Both the position numbers and the translations under genes were made by a program. Below the pieces are notes generated by a model, which was given only the letters and a program-made list of their open reading frames with translations, had not been told where the DNA came from and made no database searches. Below, one piece after another: positions 1-7,890 of a stretch of DNA of 14,900 nucleotides. Each line of letters begins with the position of its first letter. The stretch's first letter is position 1. This DNA comes from Candidatus Methylomirabilota bacterium (GTDB lineage Bacteria > Methylomirabilota > Methylomirabilia > Rokubacteriales > CSP1-6), in contig JBKPAK010000170.1 of the NCBI GenBank assembly GCA_046726415.1, forward strand, positions 1-14,900, read 5' to 3'.

Positions 1-9
1 GGGTGTGAT

Positions 10-204
10 CCCGCATTTTCGTTTTGAAAGGTGAACAGACCAATTCATAATCGCTCGCAACGCTCGCACGAAATGAGGGTTCCTGGGTGCCTCGCTGCCG
101 CGGAGGTCATCATCCAGTGGGTGACACGCCAGCTGGCCCCATTCGCCTCACGTTCAATCCCAACTCGCGTCGAGTTCCGTGGAGCCACGGTGACCTCCGA
201 TGCT
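10..204 (+). mobile_element. IS1380-family remnant: probable left end and frameshifted transposase N-terminus (coding part 117-204)
   Basis: GTG at 117 reads VGDTPAGPIRLTFNP; after small deletions the sequence reads RVEFRGATVTSDA, the typical IS1380 transposase start (..F.G..VTSD.G). It breaks off at 204. CCCGCATTTTC at 10 is a candidate left end. Confidence 0.7.
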
Positions 205-209
205 CATCG

Positions 210-257
210 GTGGACACTTCAAAAGCCGGCCAAAGGTGGACGGATCAAAACCGGCCA
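210..257. repeat. IS21-family subterminal direct repeats (right end)
   Basis: GTGGACACTTCAAAAGCCGGCCA (210-232) and GTGGACGGATCAAAACCGGCCA (236-257) lie downstream of an istB 3' fragment. Multiple end repeats are characteristic of IS21. Confidence 0.75.
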
Positions 258-395
258 AGGGAACAAGCGCTCAAGCGGGGTCGTTGTAGCGCGCATCGTG
301 AGTGCAGCGCAAGCCCGTGTGGGAAAGGACCAAGAGAGCGGCCGCCTCCGAGTTCGTGGCGCTGTGAGCGCGAGTGCGGCGCGTCGTCGTCGCCA

Positions 396-593
396 TCACG
401 CTCCGGCGGCGGTGCGCTCGCCATGGAGGCGCGTGCGCCAGCTGCGCGGCCCACAGGGGGTGAGGACGTGGCCGTCATGCAGGAGGCGGCCGAGCATGGC
501 GCTGACGGCGGCGGTGTCGCCGAGCAGCTTCCCCCAGTCGCCCACGGGTCGGTTGGAAGTGATCAGCGTCGATGCCTTTTCGTAGCGTCGCAG
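396..593 (-). pseudogene. istB: IS21-family IstB ATPase, C-terminal fragment
   Basis: Minus strand reads LRRYEKASTLITSNRPVGDWGKLLGDTAAVSAMLGRLLHDGHVLTPCGPRSWRTRLHGERTAAGA*. This is the IstB C-terminus (TSN..W, RL.H, G.S.R). Walker A/B region is absent. Confidence 0.9.
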
Positions 594-1019
594 GTGCGTA
601 GAGTCGCCCTACACGAAAACGCGGCCGAAGCCGCAGTGGTGGAAAGGCCAGCTATGCACGTCATGGCGTCGACGTGCACAAGAGGGGAAGCCAGATCTCT
701 GGGAGAGCGAGGCACCGTGGCCCGGCCGCCCCGACTGTCTGCCTCGCGGGCCTCACGCTTGCCAGCATGCTCGCGCTTGCTCCAGAGGGCCCTTCAGAAG
801 GGCGGGACGCAATTCTTTCCCACGGCCAGGCCCCCGAAAGAAAGGAGGTTGCAGAAAGCACTGTGGTTGGACGACCATCAGGGCTCGTCCTGACGAGCGC
901 AGCGAGTGTCGAGAATCTCACCCGTGGAGGACGATGATGACCTGACCGGGCTGACCTCTCAGATTCTCTGGAAGCCGATCACCTTCTTGGCCGAATTCAC
1001 CTCGGAGGAGGAGATTACG

Positions 1020-2564
1020 ATGGCAAAGCGAATCCTCTCGATGTTGACGGCGGCGCTCACTGTTTTCTGGACGCTTTTTCCCGCGACTACAGGCTTCGCC
1101 CACTGCCCCGGTACAGTGGGTCCTCCGGCTTACCTCGAAACCTTCTTTGCCCCGATCAACGCCAGCGGCACGAAGATCAAACTCGAGATCGTGGCGGAGG
1201 GGCTGACCGCTCCTCTCAAAGGGACGGTGGCCCCGGGCTTGCCGAACTATCTCTTCGTCGTCGATCAGACCGGAATCCTCTGGGCGGTCAACCTGACCAC
1301 GGGCGCCAAGACGTCCTTCCTCAACGTGGCCAACCGGCTCGTGACGCTGGGGGTTCTCGGACCGAACACCTTCGACGAGCGCGGGCTCTTGGGCCTAGCG
1401 TTCCACCCCAACTATCAGCAGAACGGTCTCCTCTACACCTACACATCGGAGCCGACCGCGGGGGCGCCTACCTTCCCGACCACGATCCCAATGGGCTCGA
1501 CGCCCGACCACCAAAACGTGGTCGCCGAGTGGCGGGCCGTCAATCCTGCCAACCCCGCGGCGGGCGTCAACGCCGCGAGCCGTCGAGAGCTAATGCGGGT
1601 CGACTGGCCGCAGTTCAACCATGACGGCGGGGACCTGGCCTTCGGGCCCGACGGCTTTCTCTACATTTCGATGGGCGACGGCGGCGGGGCCGACGACACG
1701 GATGGGCAGCTCTTCGTCGTGGCTGACGGTGCGCTTCCCGCCAACGAGGCGCCGATCATCGGTCACCAGGGTGACGGCAACGCCCAGAAGCTCAATACGC
1801 CGCTAGGCAAGATCCTCCGCATCGATGTCAATGGCCGTAACTCGGCGAACGGGCAGTACGGAATTCCGGCCGATAACCCGTTCGTCGGCGCATCACCAGG
1901 CCTCGACGAGATCTTCGCCTTCGGCTTCCGCAACCCCTTCCGCTTCTCGTTCGACACGGCCACCGGAAAGCTCTATGTCGGCGACGTCGGGCAGAACGAC
2001 ATCGAGGAGGTCGACGTCGTCGTCAAGGGCGGCAACTACGGGTGGAACGCCAAAGAGGGCACGCTCTTCTTCCACGTCAACGGGAACGCGGAAGGCTTTG
2101 CCAGTGACGTTCTCGATAACGGCCGTACAACTCCCGACATGATCGACCCCATCGCCCAGTACGATACGCACGGCGAGGGCCACTCGGTCATTGGTGGGTT
2201 CGTGTACCACGGCAGCCGGATACCCCAGCTCCGGGACCGGTACGTCTTCGCGGAGTTCTCGCGGGTGTTTAACTTCCCCTCCGGTCCCCACAACTACGGA
2301 CGGCTTCTCTACCTGGCGCAGAGGCATACCGACAAGAAGCAGCTTCTCAACATCAACGAGTTCAACGACTTCTCCGGCGCTATCGCGGACGTCGGCCTCA
2401 GCGTGGGGCCGGCCGCCTGCGACGGAGCGGTTCCGCCCACCCTTGCCGTGCTGGGCATGGGTCAAGATGCTCAGGGCGAGGTCTACACGATGGGCAACAT
2501 CAATGGGGTCCCCTTCGGAACCGACGGCGTCGTCCTGAGGCTCGCCCCGCCTGGCAGGAGGTGA
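1020..2564 (+). CDS. Exported GSDH-family (PQQ-dependent sugar dehydrogenase/HHIP-like) beta-propeller, paralog 1 (514 aa)
   Basis: RBS GGAGGAGGAG precedes ATG 1020, which is preferred over 906. Signal peptide MAKRILSMLTAALTVFWTLFPATTGFA. Motifs ERGLLGLAFHP, NHDGGDLAFGPDG.LYISMGDGG, GKILRIDV, YGIPADNPF, GFRNPFRFSFD, GDVGQ, NYGW. Confidence 0.92.
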   Translation: MAKRILSMLTAALTVFWTLFPATTGFAHCPGTVGPPAYLETFFAPINASGTKIKLEIVAEGLTAPLKGTVAPGLPNYLFVVDQTGILWAVNLTTGAKTSFLNVANRLVTLGVLGPNTFDERGLLGLAFHPNYQQNGLLYTYTSEPTAGAPTFPTTIPMGSTPDHQNVVAEWRAVNPANPAAGVNAASRRELMRVDWPQFNHDGGDLAFGPDGFLYISMGDGGGADDTDGQLFVVADGALPANEAPIIGHQGDGNAQKLNTPLGKILRIDVNGRNSANGQYGIPADNPFVGASPGLDEIFAFGFRNPFRFSFDTATGKLYVGDVGQNDIEEVDVVVKGGNYGWNAKEGTLFFHVNGNAEGFASDVLDNGRTTPDMIDPIAQYDTHGEGHSVIGGFVYHGSRIPQLRDRYVFAEFSRVFNFPSGPHNYGRLLYLAQRHTDKKQLLNINEFNDFSGAIADVGLSVGPAACDGAVPPTLAVLGMGQDAQGEVYTMGNINGVPFGTDGVVLRLAPPGRR

Positions 2565-2594
2565 AGAGCTAACCGCGCTCACTGTTTCGAGCGT

Positions 2595-2627
2595 GCTGGC
2601 GGGGCGACGATGGGGCGCCCCGCCAGC
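2595..2627. terminator. GC-rich hairpin between convergent genes (possible bidirectional terminator)
   Basis: Perfect 12-bp stem GCTGGCGGGGCG / CGCCCCGCCAGC with a 9-nt loop. No U-tract on either side. Confidence 0.5.
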
Positions 2628-2656
2628 CGCTACTCCCGCGCTGAGGTCAGCGAGTG

Positions 2657-3955
2657 CTACGGCGTGCAGGGAGCGAAGCCCGCGTGACCCGGTACGGAGA
2701 ACTGGCAGCCGAACTTCGGGTCGGCGACCGCCACCGGGTTGAGAATATCGTCACCCGCGGGCCTGACGCCGCTGTCGACCCAGTTCACGAGATCGGCGAA
2801 CGCCGCCGCTTCCTCCGGCACCGCGAAGCCGCAGTGGCCGTGATCGCGGATCGCGCGTACCACGAGCAGATCCGATGCGCCTTCGGCGGCGGCGCGCCGC
2901 GCGTAGATCTGCTCCATCGAGAACGGCACGAAGAGATCGCCGATGGTGTGCAGGCTCAGCACGGGGATCGGCAGTCGCCCCGAGATCGGTGGGATATTCG
3001 CGATGCCGTTCGGGTGGCGGCCCTGCGGGTCCTGCGCGACGCGCAGCACGTCCGCGTTCAGCTTGATCTCGTCGGGCGAGAGCGCCAGGTCGGAGTCGAT
3101 CTGGTAGACGGTCTCAGCGTTGTCCTGCACGTTGCCCGGGGCGACGCCCAGGTCGCCCCCGCTCACGCCGACCGTGAACAGGAAGTCGCCCCACACGAAG
3201 AACGACGTGTCGAAGGCCGGTCGCTCGCCGCCGGAGATGTTCTGGGTGACGCCGCGGAGCTTCACCCCCTGCGAATTGAGTGCGGCGGGGTAGGCTGGGC
3301 CAAGCGCGGCCTTCACGCCGGGCACCACGGCCGTCTGGTAGTCGGCGGGGAAGGGAAACTCCGCCGGCACTCCGGCGAGCGCTTGCGCCACGAGATTGAA
3401 GTCGAGGAAGTAGTCGAACAGCTCGTTGTCGCCCATGACGCCGCACATGGGCAGCGCACCCGCGTAGGCGTTGGGGTACTGCTCGATGGCCACACCTGTG
3501 ATGTGCCCCCCCATGGAGTGGCCGGTGATCCACGTGCGTCGGGGATGGCCGACGAGGCCGTTGAAGCGCTGCCCAAGGGCGTGAGTGTCCTTCACGCCCT
3601 CCTTCACGTCATAACCGTTCTTGCTGTACGACGACGCTGCCCACGCGTACCCGTTTGCGATGAGGTATGGCCGGATGCGCGGGTTGCTGACCGTCAGCTC
3701 GAGGCCGGTGCCGCGAAAGCCATGGGCGTAGAGGACGAGCTCGCCGTTCCAGTTGTCCGGGACCTCGATCCGATACCCCGCTCCGCCATGGACGCCCCAG
3801 TAGCGCGTGGTCGAGGTTCCGGGCAGCGCCTCGAAGGGTAGCTTCGATTCGTCGACGAAGTACCGTGGGGGTGGCTCGGCCACCGCCTCGTTGGGGACTG
3901 CGGCCATGAGAGCCAGCAGTGCCCAGAACGCCACGACGGTGCTGCGCTGTGCCAT
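2657..3955 (-). CDS. Exported alpha/beta-fold serine hydrolase (phthalyl-amidase-like / esterase-peptidase), 432 aa
   Basis: RBS GAGGAGG and signal peptide ending AVA. LVLYAHGF oxyanion motif, GHSMGG nucleophile elbow, candidate Asp in HTIGDLFVP and candidate His in DHGHC. Confidence 0.88.
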   Translation of the reverse strand: MAQRSTVVAFWALLALMAAVPNEAVAEPPPRYFVDESKLPFEALPGTSTTRYWGVHGGAGYRIEVPDNWNGELVLYAHGFRGTGLELTVSNPRIRPYLIANGYAWAASSYSKNGYDVKEGVKDTHALGQRFNGLVGHPRRTWITGHSMGGHITGVAIEQYPNAYAGALPMCGVMGDNELFDYFLDFNLVAQALAGVPAEFPFPADYQTAVVPGVKAALGPAYPAALNSQGVKLRGVTQNISGGERPAFDTSFFVWGDFLFTVGVSGGDLGVAPGNVQDNAETVYQIDSDLALSPDEIKLNADVLRVAQDPQGRHPNGIANIPPISGRLPIPVLSLHTIGDLFVPFSMEQIYARRAAAEGASDLLVVRAIRDHGHCGFAVPEEAAAFADLVNWVDSGVRPAGDDILNPVAVADPKFGCQFSVPGHAGFAPCTP

Positions 3956-4016
3956 CGCATGCCTCCTCGTCGCTGAGTTGTCAGAGAGGCGCTTACCCCG
4001 TGTGAGCTTCCGGTAG

Positions 4017-4053
4017 TCACCCTACCCGAGAGGGTGAGCGAAACGCGCTTCGC
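4017..4053. other. Two small tandem hairpins between the CHRD and hydrolase genes
   Basis: TCACCCT-7nt-AGGGTGA (4017-4037) followed by GCGAA-6nt-TTCGC. Function unknown. Confidence 0.25.
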
Positions 4054-4072
4054 GGCGCCTGCAACCCGAGCG

Positions 4073-4498
4073 TCACTTGCCGAGCTGACCTCGGATTGCA
4101 CCTGCGGGAAAGGGCGCATTGTGAACGTTCGCGTAGAAACCCGAGGGATTCTGCCGAATCTCCTTGACGAGGTCGCGATCGACACTGACACAGCCACTCG
4201 AGAATCCAGTGGTCGGCGGGGGAAGTGGCACCACAACGGGGCCGGCCACCCCCTCGGGACCGCTGTGAATGTGCGCGGCCGTTGCGGGGGCGATGTCGGA
4301 GACAGCAAGCTGGAAGCAGATCTCGCCTTGGCCCTGGTTCAGAGTCAGGAAGACCTCCCCGCTTCCATCCGGATCGCCGGGTCCCGGCACCTCGGCGGCT
4401 CCAGTGAGGGAAGCTCCCAGTGGTCGTCCGTCAGCCTGGGCGGCTGTGACGAACACCAAGACGGCAAGGACTGAGGTGAGTGAGATGAGCGTCTTCAT
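4073..4498 (-). CDS. Exported stand-alone CHRD-domain protein (141 aa)
   Basis: AAGGAGG RBS before ATG 4498 (not 4804). Signal peptide ending AQA. CHRD motifs LTGAAEVP, AAHIHSG..G..GPVV and FYANVH...P.GAIRGQL. Confidence 0.93.
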   Translation of the reverse strand: MKTLISLTSVLAVLVFVTAAQADGRPLGASLTGAAEVPGPGDPDGSGEVFLTLNQGQGEICFQLAVSDIAPATAAHIHSGPEGVAGPVVVPLPPPTTGFSSGCVSVDRDLVKEIRQNPSGFYANVHNAPFPAGAIRGQLGK

Positions 4499-4548
4499 GG
4501 TGGGCCTCCTTGCGTCGAAGGATTTCGAGACGCGCCCTCGAGACACCG

Positions 4549-4557
4549 AGTCTAGCA
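4549..4557 (-). promoter_or_regulatory. Possible extended -10 promoter element for the CHRD-hydrolase unit
   Basis: Minus strand TGcTAGACT (TGn plus TAnnnT) lies about 50 nt upstream of the CHRD start. Motif match only. Confidence 0.3.
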
Positions 4558-4857
4558 CGCCGGCGGAACGCGACCGGCTCGCGGCTTCGCCGGCGTCCTG
4601 GCGCTGATCAGGCGCTTGCACGGCGAAGACGATTCTGCCGGACAATGACTCAGCAAACGCAGATGGCACCTCAAAGCTGGAGATGCCACCGGGCGCAGCC
4701 AGGAAGTTCCCGCTGATGCGAAGTGAACCCGTCCCGCGTGATGTGGAAAAAGAAAAGTAGCGCATTCTTCCGGTTGGCGAAGTACACGACCAGCTGGCCG
4801 CCATGGCAAGCGGCCACCGGAGGAACCGTTATGGCGAAGGGTATTGGCAACCCGGGT

Positions 4858-5286
4858 ATCAGGGGCAGACGCTTTCGATCCCTCTCCGTTGTCGGAGACG
4901 CACGCCAGGGCCGTACCTTCACTCGCACTCGGGAACCGCGGGTTCGTAGACCTGTACGCGACCTCGACCTCGATCAGCTCGTTGGCACAACCTGAAGAAG
5001 ACTGACAGGACCCCGCACTGCAGAGTTTCGCAGCCACGACGGAACCATTCATCTTGACTCCGCCCGGCTGGGACCCCGGGGCGTGCTTGTCGTGAAAGTT
5101 GAAGTGACCGGAGATGGGCCCTTCCCCAGCGCACTGGGCAGCATTGAAGCCGAAGTTAGCTTTATGCCCGGCGCCTCCCGACGACGACGGGAGGTGGCCG
5201 CCTCGCGTCACCTTTGTTCCGACGAAGACGGGGTTTGGGCCTGGCATCGTGCCACAACCGATCAACGCGACGAGGGCCTCCTTTCT
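4858..5286 (-). pseudogene. Decayed Cys-rich lipoprotein with a post-COAP-1-like beta domain
   Basis: Lipobox-like LVALIGC, then KVTRGG (cf. KVTGGG), ANFGFN, GHFNFHD, V.DNGEG....D. A strong RBS AGAAAGGAGG (5286-5277) is not followed by an ATG or n-region. Protein-like character ends near 4858. Confidence 0.5.
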
Positions 5287-5827
5287 GTGAGCGTCTTGAC
5301 GAGGGATCGGGGCGCCGGCGCCGCGAGTACAGCGACGGCGGGTCGGGCCGGCAGACAGTACCGCGCTGGCCACCCTCCTCCCATAGAATGGTCATCGGCC
5401 TGGAGTGGCCGAAGGAAGAGACCACAGATGAGCCAAGGCCCAGCCGGCGTGCCTCCCAGCCTGGAGGCCACTTGAGGTTTCAAGCAGAATCGCTCGTGCG
5501 CTCGAACCATCGGAGTTACGCGGCGATCGATACGCTGATCAGGACCGAGAAGGCGGGCGGCGCAACACTTGGCGCGATCCGCGCCTGATACGATGTGGCC
5601 GTTATGGATAGCGACGATGCCCCGCGAGGAACTGTTGGGATTCTCCCACGCGATGCCTGGGCGGATCGCAAACTCTGTTACGGTCTCCCCCTCAGCAGCG
5701 ACTCGCCCAATGGCCCAAGCCATGCGAGTGGCTATGACCGAGATCGTGCATCACCTTATCATCGGCGAGCGCGTTCCGATCCCCCGCGACTGCAAGGAAG
5801 GCCGCGAGGGAAGTGGCGGAAACGCCT

Positions 5828-5848
5828 GAGAGAGAGAGAGAGAGAGAG
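5828..5848. repeat. (GA)10G dinucleotide microsatellite
   Basis: Read directly from the sequence: ten perfect GA units at 5828-5847 plus G. Confidence 0.95.
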
Positions 5849-6168
5849 GAAGCCATGAAGGGTGCCAACCCCGCGGTTTGCGACCCACGTCTCAGTAGGT
5901 GTAGGAGACGAGATCGTGAACCGGTCACCGGGAGGGTGGCGGCGGCAGCTAACGGCGAAGGGGCACGTGGTGCATCCTGAAAGTTAAGTGGATTGCCGAG
6001 TCGAAGAAGAAGACCGATCAAACAGGAAGGGAAGGGAACGCCGCAAGCGTCAAGGGAGCGCGGGAGTCGGGATACCTCCAGCAGCGGGCGAGCCGCCATG
6101 GAAGGATGGACGGTGTATCCCAATTCATCGAGCTCGCTTGACCAGGCATCCTTCATGGGAGGCTCTTC

Positions 6169-7641
6169 ATGAAGACCGTCCGCTCGCTCGCCCTCGGCAT
6201 GCTCTTCACTGTCGCGTTGACCACCGACGTCCCTGGCCAGGGAGAGGGGCCGCAGCTCGACGTGAAGCTCGTGGCAGACGGGCTGGTCGCGCCCCTGGAT
6301 CTCACCTTCGCGCCCGACGGCAGTGCCCGTCGCTTCATCGTGGATCAAACCGGTCTGATCCTCATCCTCACGGCGGCCGGCCAGGTGCTTCCCACTCCAT
6401 TTCTGGACATCACCGACCGCGTGGTCCTGCAGTCTGCCTTCGACGAGCGCGGGCTGCTCGCAGTCGCCTTTCATCCTCGGTTCGCCACCAACGGCAAGCT
6501 CTACGTCCAGTACAGCGCTCGGAGAGAGGGTCCCAACATCTGCGTGGCCGAGGACGGCCGCGTTCCCATCGATCCGGGCGGCTGCCCCCTGCAGTACACG
6601 CGCCGAATTTCCGAGTTCATCGTGTCGTCGACAGATCCTAACCGGGCTGATCCGAACACCGAACGGGTCGTGTTCAACATTCAATGGCCCGGCCGGAAGC
6701 ACAATGGAGGTGGTCTGGCCTTCGGCCCGGACGGCATGCTCTACATCGGCCTCGGCGACGGGGGCTTCATTCATGGCCCGAGCGGCGCAGACGATCCCTT
6801 CAACGTCGATCCCGATCTCCTGTTCGGGGACTTGATCGCGCAGGACCTCACCTCGCTCTATGGGAAGATCCTCCGTATCGACGTCGATCGGGGGAGTCCC
6901 TATGGGATCCCCGCGGACAACCCGTTCGTGGGCCGCGACGGGATTCCGGGCGAGATCTACGCCTGGGGATTTCGCAACCCGTTCCGCATTTCTTTCGATC
7001 GGGGAGGCGATCGGGCCATGTACGTGAGCGCCCCCGCCGACACGTTCTTCGAAGCGACCTACAAGGTCACGCGGCCGGGGAACTACGGCTGGGCCATCAA
7101 GGAGGGCACCCACTGCATCGTCCGGAGCAGCGCCCTCGCCCCACCGGAGACCATCAGCTGCTCCAGCGACGCGCAGTGCCCGATCGGGCCACAGGTCTCG
7201 ACGTGTGGAAGCTTCGGTGTCTGCTCCTGCCCGAGCGTCGGATCACTCCGCGAACCGATTCACGAACCGATCATCGAGTACCTGAACTTCGCTGTGGAGG
7301 ATCCCCGGTCGCGGTTCCCCGGCCAGGGGTTCGGCCGAGCATCGCTGGGCGGGCACATGTACCGCGGCCAGGACATCAAGTGGCTGCGCGGCCGGTTCGT
7401 CCAGGGCGACTTCGCGCTGAACTTCCTCGATGGTCAGATCCTCGAGGCCAAGGAGATGCCCGGAGGGAAGCTGTGGAAGCTCCGGCGCGCCTTCGTGTTC
7501 GATCCTTCGGATCCGGTGAAGTCCGGATTCATGAAAAGCATCGGGCAGGATGCCCAGGGTGAACTCTATGCGGTCACCGGGAACTTCACGCCGACCGGCC
7601 TCGCCGGGCGGATCTGGAAGATCGTCGACGCGTCCGACTAG
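6169..7641 (+). CDS. Exported GSDH-family beta-propeller, paralog 2, with Cys-rich insertions (490 aa)
   Basis: GGGAGG RBS and signal peptide. Motifs DERGLLAVAFHP, KHNGGGLAFGPDGMLYIGLGDGG, GKILRIDVD, YGIPADNPF, AWGFRNPFRISFD, NYGW, GQDAQGELY. Eight Cys. Confidence 0.92.
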   Translation: MKTVRSLALGMLFTVALTTDVPGQGEGPQLDVKLVADGLVAPLDLTFAPDGSARRFIVDQTGLILILTAAGQVLPTPFLDITDRVVLQSAFDERGLLAVAFHPRFATNGKLYVQYSARREGPNICVAEDGRVPIDPGGCPLQYTRRISEFIVSSTDPNRADPNTERVVFNIQWPGRKHNGGGLAFGPDGMLYIGLGDGGFIHGPSGADDPFNVDPDLLFGDLIAQDLTSLYGKILRIDVDRGSPYGIPADNPFVGRDGIPGEIYAWGFRNPFRISFDRGGDRAMYVSAPADTFFEATYKVTRPGNYGWAIKEGTHCIVRSSALAPPETISCSSDAQCPIGPQVSTCGSFGVCSCPSVGSLREPIHEPIIEYLNFAVEDPRSRFPGQGFGRASLGGHMYRGQDIKWLRGRFVQGDFALNFLDGQILEAKEMPGGKLWKLRRAFVFDPSDPVKSGFMKSIGQDAQGELYAVTGNFTPTGLAGRIWKIVDASD

Positions 7642-7890
7642 CGACGAGGTCTTGCTTTATGTCCACTGTCGACGGGCCTTCGCGTGGGACATTGTAGTAG
7701 TTGCAAAGGGCCGCGGCTTTCATCGGGTCCCGTGTCGGCCCGCAATAGCGCACGAGCCTCTGGAACATTTTGACCCCGTGCGGCCTTCCTATCGCCGACG
7801 GCGCTGCGAACTCAAACGCCGTTCAGCTTGCGCCGGGGTGAAAGTCGAGAACTGGCCTGACCGCTTTCGCTGCGTTGGAGGTGAGACGCC

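Noticed and set aside
210-257. Possible mini-CRISPR from two similar repeats
   Set aside because: Only a 3-nt gap, no spacers or cas genes; explained as IS21 end repeats.
31-937. Plus-strand ORFs 31-585, 87-893 and 674-937
   Set aside because: They are chimeric read-throughs of IS1380/IS21 remnants or lack motifs and an RBS.
906-1019. N-terminal extension of the 552-aa ORF
   Set aside because: A strong RBS and a signal peptide start at ATG 1020.
2654-3841. 395-aa plus-strand ORF (also 1893-2582 minus)
   Set aside because: Antisense shadows of well-supported genes, common in high-GC DNA.
4499-4804. N-terminal extension of the CHRD ORF
   Set aside because: RBS and signal peptide place the start at 4498.
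5630-5723. FAIRPGIAWENP resembling the IS3 integrase 'I.PG.PWEN' motif
   Set aside because: Too short, and the following ES(F)NG context is missing.
7642-7890. Sigma54-like TGGAAC/TTG motif upstream of paralog 3
   Set aside because: The GG-N10-GC spacing is not satisfied.
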